From Barthelona sp. PCE (Eukaryota), in contig JAUFOR010000008.1 of assembly GCA_040285745.1 (NCBI GenBank), positions 620,001 through 684,000 of the forward strand: a DNA stretch of 64,000 bases. Reading direction: 5' to 3'. This document shows, one piece after another, positions 18,560 through 28,200 of this stretch. How positions within the stretch are numbered: the stretch's first letter is position 1; every line of letters starts with the position of its first letter. A program made the translations under genes and the position numbers. The notes below the pieces were generated by a model. The model saw only the letters and a program-made list of their open reading frames with translations, searched no databases and was not told the origin of the DNA.

Positions 18560-20455
18560 ATGGACCCAGAAGAACGAGCTCTTACACGGCAGTCAAGCCG
18601 TCGTCAGGCCCGCAACAGGAATTCTAGTTTGTCAAATTATGGCAATTTGAAGGGTATTATTGTTTTTGCATTGTTAACTTTTTGTTTAGGGCTAGTTATT
18701 GGGCGTAGCACAACAGATTCATTGCCACAGGAACCTCTAGCATGTCCAAAATGCCCTTTATGCGCAGTATGTAAGGAATGTGAGACATGTGAGACATGTG
18801 AGACATGTAAGACCTGTGAGACCTGTGAGACCTGTGAGGAGTGTCCAACTTGCCCTGACCCCGGTGAATACCACGAGGAGCAGGAGGAAGAACAACACGA
18901 GGAACAGGGTGAAGAGCAAGAGGAAGAAGAAGAAGAAGACCCTAAAGAAGAACAGCAAGAAGAAGAGGAGCATGAACAGCAAGAGCAAGAAGAGTTCAGC
19001 GGAATGCACACAAACTACGAGGTTGATGGATCAGGCGATCCATACCCACGTGCAGAAGTTCAGGTTCAGCCTGACGAGAAGGTAACACCTGTCGTCGCTG
19101 ACCGCATCACAGTGGCTATACTCGCCCACCAACATCCCGACCAACTCTCACTGCTGCTGCACCACCTTAGAGAACGTTTGCAAGTGGAATCATCCAAGAT
19201 TGTCGTTTTCATGCGCGATGAGAATGAAGCAGTTTCCCAAGTCGTTGATTCATTCAACCTGACCACGTTCCACTTTGATGACTACTATGTAGCCGACCGA
19301 GCTAAGCATGTTAAGGACAATGAGTTCATGAAGTATGTGTTGCAGCAGTCATTTGAGGTGGACGATCTTGCAGTGTGGTACATTCGGGATACAACTAGTT
19401 TGAGCGATTCATCACTCGAGTTTGTACTCACAGCAACAACAAGTATGCTTTATGACGAAAGCATATACGCTGTTGATTTACTGAACGAGTTTGGCTACCC
19501 ACACACATACCGTGACACTACTGAGCTCATCAGAACCGACACCCTCAACATGCAGTCTTTTGTTCTGCCTAATATTTCGAAGAACTTTATTCTGTCGCAT
19601 TGGGACGAGGACGCGGTGTACCATGACCTACTCCTCCCACCATTACAGTTTGATGTGCTTAAACCGGCCGTTTCTCATGCCATTCACTTTAATACCACAG
19701 CCAATATCGCATTAGCGACATCATATGTGATCCCTGACGTCCTGTCCGGCATTGGCTCGCGCTACTTTAGCGATATCGTTGAGAAATTCAATCGTTCAGT
19801 ATTGCTCTCTGAGTGGATGGATCTTGTTGATCACCAAAGAGATGACGTTGTAGCGTACGTGCATCACGGCGTTGAGTCGTTCGAAGTATTTGGCGTTGAG
19901 CCACGTATCAATAGAGATGGTGTCGTTGTTATTAATTTCTTTAACACAACCGTTATGCTCATTGATACTGACTCTTTACTCATCAAACAGCTGCATGCAG
20001 AGGGCATCAAGTACGAGGTGCTACTTGATTCTGCGATCAAAGATCAAGTGCTTTACTGGGAGAAAATAGCTCATAGAGTTGACTACCCGAACAATTTTTA
20101 CAGGGTATATGGGCTCCAGGGTCAGAACTGTGACGAAGCATGTGCCGCTTTCTCAGTTGAAGGGCTCCCAACAGCTGTTCTAAACCACACAGATGCAAAG
20201 AAGGGAGTTTGTGACATTTCATACTTCCCAGCCATTAACGCATGTGACGTTCTCAACAGAACAGGAACGTGTCAGCGCTGTGGCGTCGCGTCAAAGGATG
20301 ATTCTCGGAATATCGTCACTAGTGCACATATTGGACCAGCATCTGACAATACTGATGCTTGCTATATCACGAATCCATCACATTTCAACTGTGGGACGTC
20401 GCATGATGACGCCATTCGTCTTTGCCCATGTTTTGCACAAGAAGCTTCAGCGTAG
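18560..20455 (+). CDS. Type II membrane protein with a Cxx-repeat stalk, degenerate GT13 (GnT-I)-like domain and GnT-V-like Cys-rich C-terminal domain
   Basis: TM, (CET)n, E/Q-rich linker, VAILAHQHPDQL, LIRTD; C-terminus GQNCDEAC...CDISYFPAIN...FNCGTSH...RLCPC. Confidence 0.55.
   Translation: MDPEERALTRQSSRRQARNRNSSLSNYGNLKGIIVFALLTFCLGLVIGRSTTDSLPQEPLACPKCPLCAVCKECETCETCETCKTCETCETCEECPTCPDPGEYHEEQEEEQHEEQGEEQEEEEEEDPKEEQQEEEEHEQQEQEEFSGMHTNYEVDGSGDPYPRAEVQVQPDEKVTPVVADRITVAILAHQHPDQLSLLLHHLRERLQVESSKIVVFMRDENEAVSQVVDSFNLTTFHFDDYYVADRAKHVKDNEFMKYVLQQSFEVDDLAVWYIRDTTSLSDSSLEFVLTATTSMLYDESIYAVDLLNEFGYPHTYRDTTELIRTDTLNMQSFVLPNISKNFILSHWDEDAVYHDLLLPPLQFDVLKPAVSHAIHFNTTANIALATSYVIPDVLSGIGSRYFSDIVEKFNRSVLLSEWMDLVDHQRDDVVAYVHHGVESFEVFGVEPRINRDGVVVINFFNTTVMLIDTDSLLIKQLHAEGIKYEVLLDSAIKDQVLYWEKIAHRVDYPNNFYRVYGLQGQNCDEACAAFSVEGLPTAVLNHTDAKKGVCDISYFPAINACDVLNRTGTCQRCGVASKDDSRNIVTSAHIGPASDNTDACYITNPSHFNCGTSHDDAIRLCPCFAQEASA
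18743..18856 (+). repeat. Coding 9-bp tandem repeat (TGTGAGACM) encoding a Cxx array
   Basis: CPKCPLCAVCKECETCETCETCKTCETCETCEECPTCP. Confidence 0.9.
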
Positions 20456-20469
20456 GAGCTCTGTAAATA

Positions 20470-20982
20470 TCATGATTCAATTTTGGAGAAAAAGTTTTCA
20501 AGGCTCTCTCCTGAAGAGATATCAATGTTTAACGCTGTCCAAAGTGGTTGTGTGGGCTTTACGCGACACCCTCCCTGTTGTGAAAAGTCGAGCATTAACA
20601 AATTTTGGGTTTCTATCACATCAATATCCGAATGACGGAGCATAACAATGAAACGCTTCATTCCATTTCTTTGAACATGTTCATTGCCCGCAATACCCAG
20701 TAAATGAGTGTAAACGTCGGGAATCATCGACACAGCACTGGGATTCACAACATACACAATAGCATCGCAATCTTCAACATATTTCATCCATTGGGAGAGC
20801 ATTCCTGACCCACACTCTCTGAACTGCATGTCAGAAAATCGATCGTTTTGAACTCCATTGGTAGGAAGAGGATTTGGTAGTTCCTTGAGATTGGCAGGTT
20901 GTCCAGTCAGTTTGAAGCTCTTAAGCGCTTGTATAAAGGTTGTTTTACCTGCCCTGAGACCCACAACTAAAACGCGAGTCAT
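20470..20982 (-). CDS. ARL16: ARL16-like small GTPase
   Basis: P-loop VVGLRAGKT, PTNG; RECGSGM...W..Y..C replaces DxxG as in ARL16 (RELGG); ATG at 20982. Confidence 0.6.
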   Translation of the reverse strand: MTRVLVVGLRAGKTTFIQALKSFKLTGQPANLKELPNPLPTNGVQNDRFSDMQFRECGSGMLSQWMKYVEDCDAIVYVVNPSAVSMIPDVYTHLLGIAGNEHVQRNGMKRFIVMLRHSDIDVIETQNLLMLDFSQQGGCRVKPTQPLWTALNIDISSGESLENFFSKIES

Positions 20983-21022
20983 GAAAAGGAGAAAGAACAA
21001 AAAATGAAACACAGGGGATAGT

Positions 21023-23791
21023 TTATTTTCCTAAGAGGCAGGCTGACTTTGCAAGAGACTGTCCGGTGTTGACAGCACGGTTCAGAGTCTGACAGATTGT
21101 GTTTTCGCCAATGAGAACACCACCACAAAGACGGTCACCATCATAAACGAGCTTACGACGCTGTTGCGAGCTGGAACGGTTAAGAACGGTGTTGCTCTCT
21201 GTCTTTACGTTACCTACGGAGAAAATCTCAGTAGAGAAAGCGTGAAGAGTGGCAGGGAATCTACGACCTTCAAATTTCTTGATGGGTTCGTGGGCCGCAC
21301 AATTGAGACCAGCAACCTCACCTTCCATCATCGCACAGCCCCAAAGAGGAGCGGTGAACACATCGAGGCACTGAGCACAGTCACCAGCGACGAAAATGTC
21401 ATCAACGGGGATGCCGTTCATGAAGGGACGAAGATACTGGTCGCAGATGATGCCTCGCTGGGTCTCGAGACCCATAGAGCTAGCAAGGGAGACATTAGCA
21501 CGGATACCAACGGAAAACAGAAGAACATCTACATCCTGCTCTGCGCCGTTATCGAGGACAAGGGTAGTGATGGGACCGTTTTCCTCGGGCTTGAAGTCAA
21601 GTACAGTAGTACCCAGATGAACGTCAACGTTGTGACTTTCAATAACAGAGAGAAGGTGATTACTGAGATCAGTGTCGTAACCTAACTGAATGGGCAGAAG
21701 TGCACTACTGCGCTCAATTATTGAAACCTTACAGTCGCTTCTATCCATTGCAAGGGCAGAGGCTGCCTCCAAAGCGAGGATACCACCACCAACAAATGTC
21801 ACATTACACTTTCTCTTGTTTTTAGAGATGGTGCGCTTGATGCAGGAGTAAATATTCCAGAAGTCATCAACAGTTCTGAGAGCAAATACGTTCTCTCTCT
21901 CAATGACGTCGGGATAGGGAACAAAAGCCTTGGCACCAGTGGCGATGATGAGCTTATCATATGCAAGCTCGTCGTACTCGCAGACGCGGACGTTTTCACC
22001 CTCCATCGAGGCACACTCAGTGTGGCAGATAGTAAGCTGTAGCTTCTTAGCTGATGAGTCAATTCCCTCAACGTAACAACTTAACAAGAGGTTGATATTG
22101 TTCTGCTCGTACCACTGTGCCGGGTGCAGGAAGAAATCCTGACCCTTTGCCATGTCGGGTGAGGACAGAGCGTGTGTGAGATTGATACGGTTGTAAGGAA
22201 GACACGACTCACCACTGATGAGCGTGACACGAGCCTTTGTGTTATAGCGACGAATAGTCTGAACTGAAGAAACACCGGCGGCACCAGCGCCAATGACAAC
22301 TATGTGACCTTCGAAGGGGCGTTCGAGCTCACCCATTTCTTCATCTTCGACAAGCTCCCAGATGTCAGCACCCTGGGCACCGCAAACGGAACAAACACTG
22401 AGAGGGGGACCAATGGAAACCTCAACATGGTTGCAGATAATACAACGCCATCTTTGCTTTTTAGTATACTTGACCTCAGGCTCGTAGTCTTCAGCAACTT
22501 CAGGTAAGAAGCGTGTTGGCTCACCACCACTTAAAGCAATGGCGAATTGATTACCCCACTCCTTTGCATCCTCAATCTCAGAGGCAGAAGCGCGGAATCG
22601 AACACGCAGGGGGTGCAGGGGCTCGTTGAGGGCAACCTGCTCGAAACGCTGTGAGAGGTTCGTCTGGGCTTTACCTTGAGACCAACCGAATGATCCAAAG
22701 GTACCAACCATCAACCCCTCGTGCACGTGCATGTTGAGGGAACGGGCAACGTCCCAGATCTGGGGGAGGGCGTCGTTGAGAAGGGTGCTAGAACCCAACA
22801 GCAGCGAACGGTATTCAGGTAACATGCCCATGACCTCTGCGGTACCGTCGGCACCACGTCCGTTGAGGTTGATAAAGTCCACGCTCTTGCCCTGGAGCGC
22901 GAGTGATGCACCGATGGCGTGAGCGATTTCTTCCGTGAATCCGTAAGCGGAGACGTAGACAATGAGAGTGTCCTTGGTCTTGGGGCGGAGCGTGTGTGCA
23001 GTCCACTCGCGATACATCTCCTTCACCTTCTTAAAGTCGGCCTCCTTGAGAAGGGGACCGTGTGAAGTACAACATACGTCGATTTGACCATCGATACGGT
23101 CAAGAGACTCGATGCAGTTCATTGTGGCCTTGGGAAGAGGCCCGAAGATGGCATTGAAGTAATACTGCATTGCATCATCATAACCACTGAGGTCAAAGAC
23201 GCTATTGGTAGGAATGTAAGGGGGGTAGCAGTAGTGAGCGCCAAAAACATCACATGTAAACAGGGCACACATCTCTCTTACGTAGACCTGGATGGTGTCG
23301 GGCCAATGCACAAGGGGGTTAACGTAAAATTCAAAAGAGCGACCACCAATATCAATGGTGCAATCGTTCTTGATCTCTGTAACGTTGGCAAAGGATCTGT
23401 TGTGAATCTTCTCAAGATAGATGTGAGCCTGACCTGAGCAGTAGATCTTTGCTTCCGGATAACGATCAATCATTTTGGCAAGAGCTCCTGAGTGATCCAT
23501 TTCAGTATGAAGAACAACAAAGTCGGTGATACCTTCGGCACCAAAGGCCTTCAGTCCTGAATTAACACGATCAACGAATTGGTTGAAGAACTTATCCTTT
23601 GAAGTATCGATAAGTACGATTCTATCGCCACAGCGTAGCAAATAGGAATTGTATGAGGAATGATAATCGGTCTTCATGACGATATCGAAGACCTCAAGGT
23701 CAGCATCGTGAGCACCAACGAAAAAGAGATCGTTCTTAATAATGGTGTGTTCATATGGGGCGGGTACAGTGAAATCAAGGTGTTCGGCCAT
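21023..23791 (-). CDS. Class F flavodiiron protein: metallo-beta-lactamase + flavodoxin + short rubredoxin + NAD(P)H:rubredoxin oxidoreductase
   Basis: SYNSYL, HTEMDHSG, VHWPD, TCDVFGAH, SHG (diiron ligands); SAYGFT and FGSFGWS (flavodoxin); CIIC-x13-CSVC; GAGAAG, ATGA, GGGILALE, FVAGD. Confidence 0.93.
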   Translation of the reverse strand: MAEHLDFTVPAPYEHTIIKNDLFFVGAHDADLEVFDIVMKTDYHSSYNSYLLRCGDRIVLIDTSKDKFFNQFVDRVNSGLKAFGAEGITDFVVLHTEMDHSGALAKMIDRYPEAKIYCSGQAHIYLEKIHNRSFANVTEIKNDCTIDIGGRSFEFYVNPLVHWPDTIQVYVREMCALFTCDVFGAHYCYPPYIPTNSVFDLSGYDDAMQYYFNAIFGPLPKATMNCIESLDRIDGQIDVCCTSHGPLLKEADFKKVKEMYREWTAHTLRPKTKDTLIVYVSAYGFTEEIAHAIGASLALQGKSVDFINLNGRGADGTAEVMGMLPEYRSLLLGSSTLLNDALPQIWDVARSLNMHVHEGLMVGTFGSFGWSQGKAQTNLSQRFEQVALNEPLHPLRVRFRASASEIEDAKEWGNQFAIALSGGEPTRFLPEVAEDYEPEVKYTKKQRWRCIICNHVEVSIGPPLSVCSVCGAQGADIWELVEDEEMGELERPFEGHIVVIGAGAAGVSSVQTIRRYNTKARVTLISGESCLPYNRINLTHALSSPDMAKGQDFFLHPAQWYEQNNINLLLSCYVEGIDSSAKKLQLTICHTECASMEGENVRVCEYDELAYDKLIIATGAKAFVPYPDVIERENVFALRTVDDFWNIYSCIKRTISKNKRKCNVTFVGGGILALEAASALAMDRSDCKVSIIERSSALLPIQLGYDTDLSNHLLSVIESHNVDVHLGTTVLDFKPEENGPITTLVLDNGAEQDVDVLLFSVGIRANVSLASSMGLETQRGIICDQYLRPFMNGIPVDDIFVAGDCAQCLDVFTAPLWGCAMMEGEVAGLNCAAHEPIKKFEGRRFPATLHAFSTEIFSVGNVKTESNTVLNRSSSQQRRKLVYDGDRLCGGVLIGENTICQTLNRAVNTGQSLAKSACLLGK

Positions 23792-24486
23792 TTTTATGAA
23801 GGGTTTGTGAGTGAAAAACTACCGTAACGGATTAAAAAGAAGAGAATGTTGAATATGCATAAATGAAAGTCTTTGTTCTTTCGGATGAAGGTTATGCGGC
23901 TGATGTTATCAGTAAAGCCCGGGAATGATAGATTTAGAGCCAAGAGGTGTGATTGGAGTTGATAAATTTTTAAGTCATTTGTTGAAGTGTGTGGTAGATG
24001 ATGACTTTAGAAATATTATCGGAATTGTTTGGAGGTTTAAAACCTTTTCAATGGGGCAGGAGTTGAGAATTATTGTGCCTGCGACTTGTAGTTTTTCTTA
24101 TTGTTGTATTCTTACTATTTTGAATAATTTTGAAGCTTTTCCCGCCCATGTCAATGCGGGTCTTTCATAAACTGGAAGTTCAATTTCCAGCTCACTGCTT
24201 TTGTTTATGTCATTTGCTTTTTCTTAGGTATTTTCAATAATTTTGACATTAAAGGGTCATTATCTGGACATTTTATACCTGAACTATCATGTCATATCCA
24301 TATTAAGGGTAGAGAATTTCTGTTACTACTTTTTTTTGCTTTATGATTTCGGTGTGGAAGAAACATCAATTAAACGTTTTAAAAGGAGAAAACTAAACAA
24401 TGTATGTAATTTTTAATGGAAATAAAGCAATTTTCATATTGTTTCTGTTTTTGAACCCTTTTTCCTTGTGTTTTTCTTTTTAGAAC

Positions 24487-25095
24487 ATGCAAAGCTCCCC
24501 CCAGAACACCTCTCGTGACGAATTTGAGTCGCCTTCTGAAGAAAGCGGCTCAGAAATATTCATTTCTGAATCTTCCCATTCAAGTGAAGAAGATTCGGCC
24601 AACCAATCGGTGGTGCTACCGGGGGAGATCACAATTGACAAGATAAGAAGGGATCATCTCAGATTAAAATCAATTGCTGCAATTGCAGAGCATTATGGTG
24701 TTAGTCGAAATGTCATAGATGCTGTTATTAAAAAGGAATGCAACGAACGTGATGAGTACTTTTTATCTTTTGGAATAACTGGAGAAGATTTTGTTTCGTC
24801 TTTGAAGCAAGATAAATCTTTGGAGGACATTGCTAGAGAAATACCTATGTTTGAGGTAGCTGATCTGGTGCTAAATTTCCATACAAAATTAACAGCTGCT
24901 GAAAAATCAGAAATTTGCGAATATCAAAGTGAACTGCGTGATATCATGAGCAAACATGAATCTACGTACGAAAATATCTCGGGTTTTCCTGAAATTACCA
25001 CAGAAGAATACCAAATAGTTTTGGAGACATTTCGAAATAAGCAAAAGCAACTTAAAGAATCTTTACATTCTAATCATTTTAGTGCTTTTTGCTGA
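24487..25095 (+). CDS. Hypothetical protein
   Basis: 202-aa ORF with acidic Ser-rich N-terminus and a weak HTH-like stretch (SIAAIAEHYGVSRNVI). Confidence 0.65.
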   Translation: MQSSPQNTSRDEFESPSEESGSEIFISESSHSSEEDSANQSVVLPGEITIDKIRRDHLRLKSIAAIAEHYGVSRNVIDAVIKKECNERDEYFLSFGITGEDFVSSLKQDKSLEDIAREIPMFEVADLVLNFHTKLTAAEKSEICEYQSELRDIMSKHESTYENISGFPEITTEEYQIVLETFRNKQKQLKESLHSNHFSAFC

Positions 25096-25290
25096 AATTA
25101 ATAAATAAATTTGTTATACATGGCATGTAACCACAATGAAATGTTTGGAAATTCTTCGCTTCAATAAGAACACTCCAAGGATATTTCAGGAGAATCGTGG
25201 GTGATCACACATTTTCACACTGAAACTGACTGTTCAAATCGTTACAATTTTTTTTTACCCTTTCAAAGAATCATATGTTATTTACAGGAA

Positions 25291-28200
25291 ATGGATAGTA
25301 GCGTGAAGAAATTAAGGGCTTTGGACTCTTCTAGCACACCAATAAGTCGATACCGTCCATTTATTCCAAAGCATAAAACTTTGTCACATCAAAGAATCAT
25401 AAAGAGGAAGAATATTGTCGATTTTACGGACCCGCTTGCAGCCAATCCCAAGACTGAACTCATTAAGAAGGGGCTTAAACTTGGTACCAGAAAGCAACCG
25501 ATTTATGTCACCAATTTACTGCGTAATAGACAGCGTATAACACGCAGCCGGGCATATCGAGATCATGGACTACGAAATATACCAAAAAATGTGTCAAGAA
25601 AGAACCACAACAAGAGACCTTATGGATCATCTCGCATGCTTTATAACTTCCCCAATCTTCTGATCTCTTTTGGTCACCAACGTACGACAAAGGAGCTCTA
25701 CATTGATATCCAGAAGCAGTTTGAGCACCGTGAGAGAGAAGAAGTTCTGTTTTATGAAACTAACGACGGTGTTGTGAAAACTATTGAAGACCTTCGGCAG
25801 GCAGGCTACCTGAATCAGTTTAAAAACGATTCTGTTGCACTGTTTCCTCTGTCGCACAATGTTGTTCAAGATTTCACTGTTGAAGGACAGAACATTCATT
25901 TGCGTCATCGTCCTCCGAGGAAACCTGGGTACGCCATCATGCGAGTGCGTAAGGGTACAGGGAAGAAGGCGTCGATACACGTTGTACAGAAGAGTAATTC
26001 GCTTAAGGAATTCAAACAATACCAGCAGCATTTTAGAAATCATTCTGTTAATTCAATAGTGAGGGAGAAGATCCGTGACGAAATTTATGAATTGATGGGG
26101 AAACACGCAGAGATATTGGAGGGAAGTACCGGTTTAAGGAGATATAAGTCGAGTATTTCGATGAATTCCTTGCAATCGGCTTTGAAGGCCCTCAACGTTC
26201 AGGAGCTCGCAAGTAATGCGCTCAGATCTGCACCTGCATCACCGCGCACGGCATCAGCATTAGACTCATCGTTTAAGGCAGAGTTCGAGGATGCAACCAT
26301 GTTACGATCTGAAGTTGGAACACCGCTCACCGACTGGGGAACAGGTCCTGTAACCCCAGTGGAAATCCCAATGGATCAAGAAGTTCTTTTCTTCGAGGAA
26401 GTGAAGGAAGAGGAGGTGCATCTGCCACCGTTGCACAGGAGCGTTAGTTTTAGTGGCATAGGATCCACGTTGCCATCAGTCGGCAGTATGCGCCGCAGCA
26501 CATCTCTTTCTTCACATGGTGTTGGCCTGATGCAGTTAGGAGCTCCATCATTCGATCCAATACACGAGATCACACAGCACTCTTTTCTACTTGATTTAGA
26601 TGATAGTCTGCTGCAATCCACACCGGGACAGAAGGATCCACGCCAGCTCAGGCCTAAGACACCTCCTAAACTGCTGGTTCTTGAGTTTGAGAGTGCACCT
26701 GCAGAGCCAAGCATACAGTTGTTTGATGTTTTGAGTATGATCGGACAAAGTCAGCCCCTTTTTGAACAAGAAAAGGAGGATGAAGAAGAGTCGCACTTAT
26801 CCGAGGAGGAGCCAACCCCTCCAGTTTCTCGACAATCTACACCAAAGCAGTCGAGACAGGCTACGCCCCAAGTAAGTAAGAGTATTTTTGATTTTATCAC
26901 TGATGAGGAGCTTGCTGTTTTGGAGGCAAACGAAGCGGAAATGATGGAAATACATGATGTGGAGAGTATGATGGCCGAGAAGAAACGACGCCTCAAAGAT
27001 CGTCTTCGAGCGATTGAGAAGGAACGCCAAGTTCAGTTGAAAAAAGAGCAAGAAAAGATGAAAAAGAAGTTGGAGCAGGATGAGGCGGAAGAGAAGCGGA
27101 AACATCGGCTTCCGTCGTTTAAGAACGTCAAGAGTAGGTTTGCAACCCCTAAACCTAAACCTAAACAAATTGAAACTGAGGTGAAAAAGCTGGAGGTTGT
27201 TGATTCTAAGAGAGAGCGCCCTTCATCAGCGTTGGACGAAGAAGATGACATCAAATCTACCCCAAAGAAAAAGAAACCTGTTAAAAAGGGTGAAAATAAG
27301 CCGAAAAGAAGGAAGCCAAAAAAAGCTTTTTCCACAGAGGAGTGGTTGAAGAAGAGAAAAAAGAAGCCACAGGGGCGTCAAATCAAGCCCAACAACAACG
27401 AGTTACTTAGAATGCTGGAAGAGGAGGAGCAGCGTGAAAGGGAAAACAAACAAAAGGAGTTGGTGGAGGAAATTTTGCGCAAATCGCACTCATCACAGTC
27501 ATCCAGAACAGCATCACGACAGAGCGAGTTGCTGACGAACAGATCAACTATGTCGAATGCTAGTGAAATGTTTTTCTTTGACGATATCCCGGAAGCAGAG
27601 CAACGTCCTTCAAGCGTTGGTTTTAAACAGCGAAAGGCTCTTAAGAGTCGCAGCGATCGTAAACCAAAAGAGAGGAGAGGGAGCATGTTCGGTCTTGAAG
27701 ATGACCTTCCTCCTATCGAGGAAGAAGGCGGAGTGCCTGACATAATTGAGGAAATTGAGCAGGCAGCACTGGAAAACGAAGAAGAGGTTCAGAAGGAAAA
27801 GGAGCGTGTTGAGAGGGAGAAGCGTATTGCAGAGGAGCGCGAACGCAAGAAGAATCAGAAGGATCTCAACGTGAAGCACTCGACAAAGAATAATCAAAAG
27901 GTGAAGGAGATGCGATCGCAGAAGAAAGAGCGTAAGATTATGCAAGAGATGGATATTTGGACACGAAAGCAGATCAAGATCCAGCAGAAGGCAGAAGCAA
28001 GAGAAAAGAAGAAAATGGCAGTTTTAGATAAATATTCAAAAAGAATGAATATTAAGATCGTGAAGGAACAGGAGCGCCTTGAGCGTGAGCGACTTCGCCG
28101 TATCAAGGAAGAGCACGAGCGCCGGCTCAGGATGGAAGAACGGGAGCAGAGATTGATGGAGGCGGCAGACGATTATTCCAAATATAGAGAACATAAGGAT

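Noticed and set aside
23998-24004. Isolated box C motif ATGATGA (another at 51547)
   Set aside because: No D box at a plausible distance and no terminal stem.
24402-24483. Possible intron GTATGT...TTTTAG upstream of the 24487 ORF
   Set aside because: Lacks the CTMAY branch motif at the fixed position seen in all six supported introns and is not needed for the reading frame.
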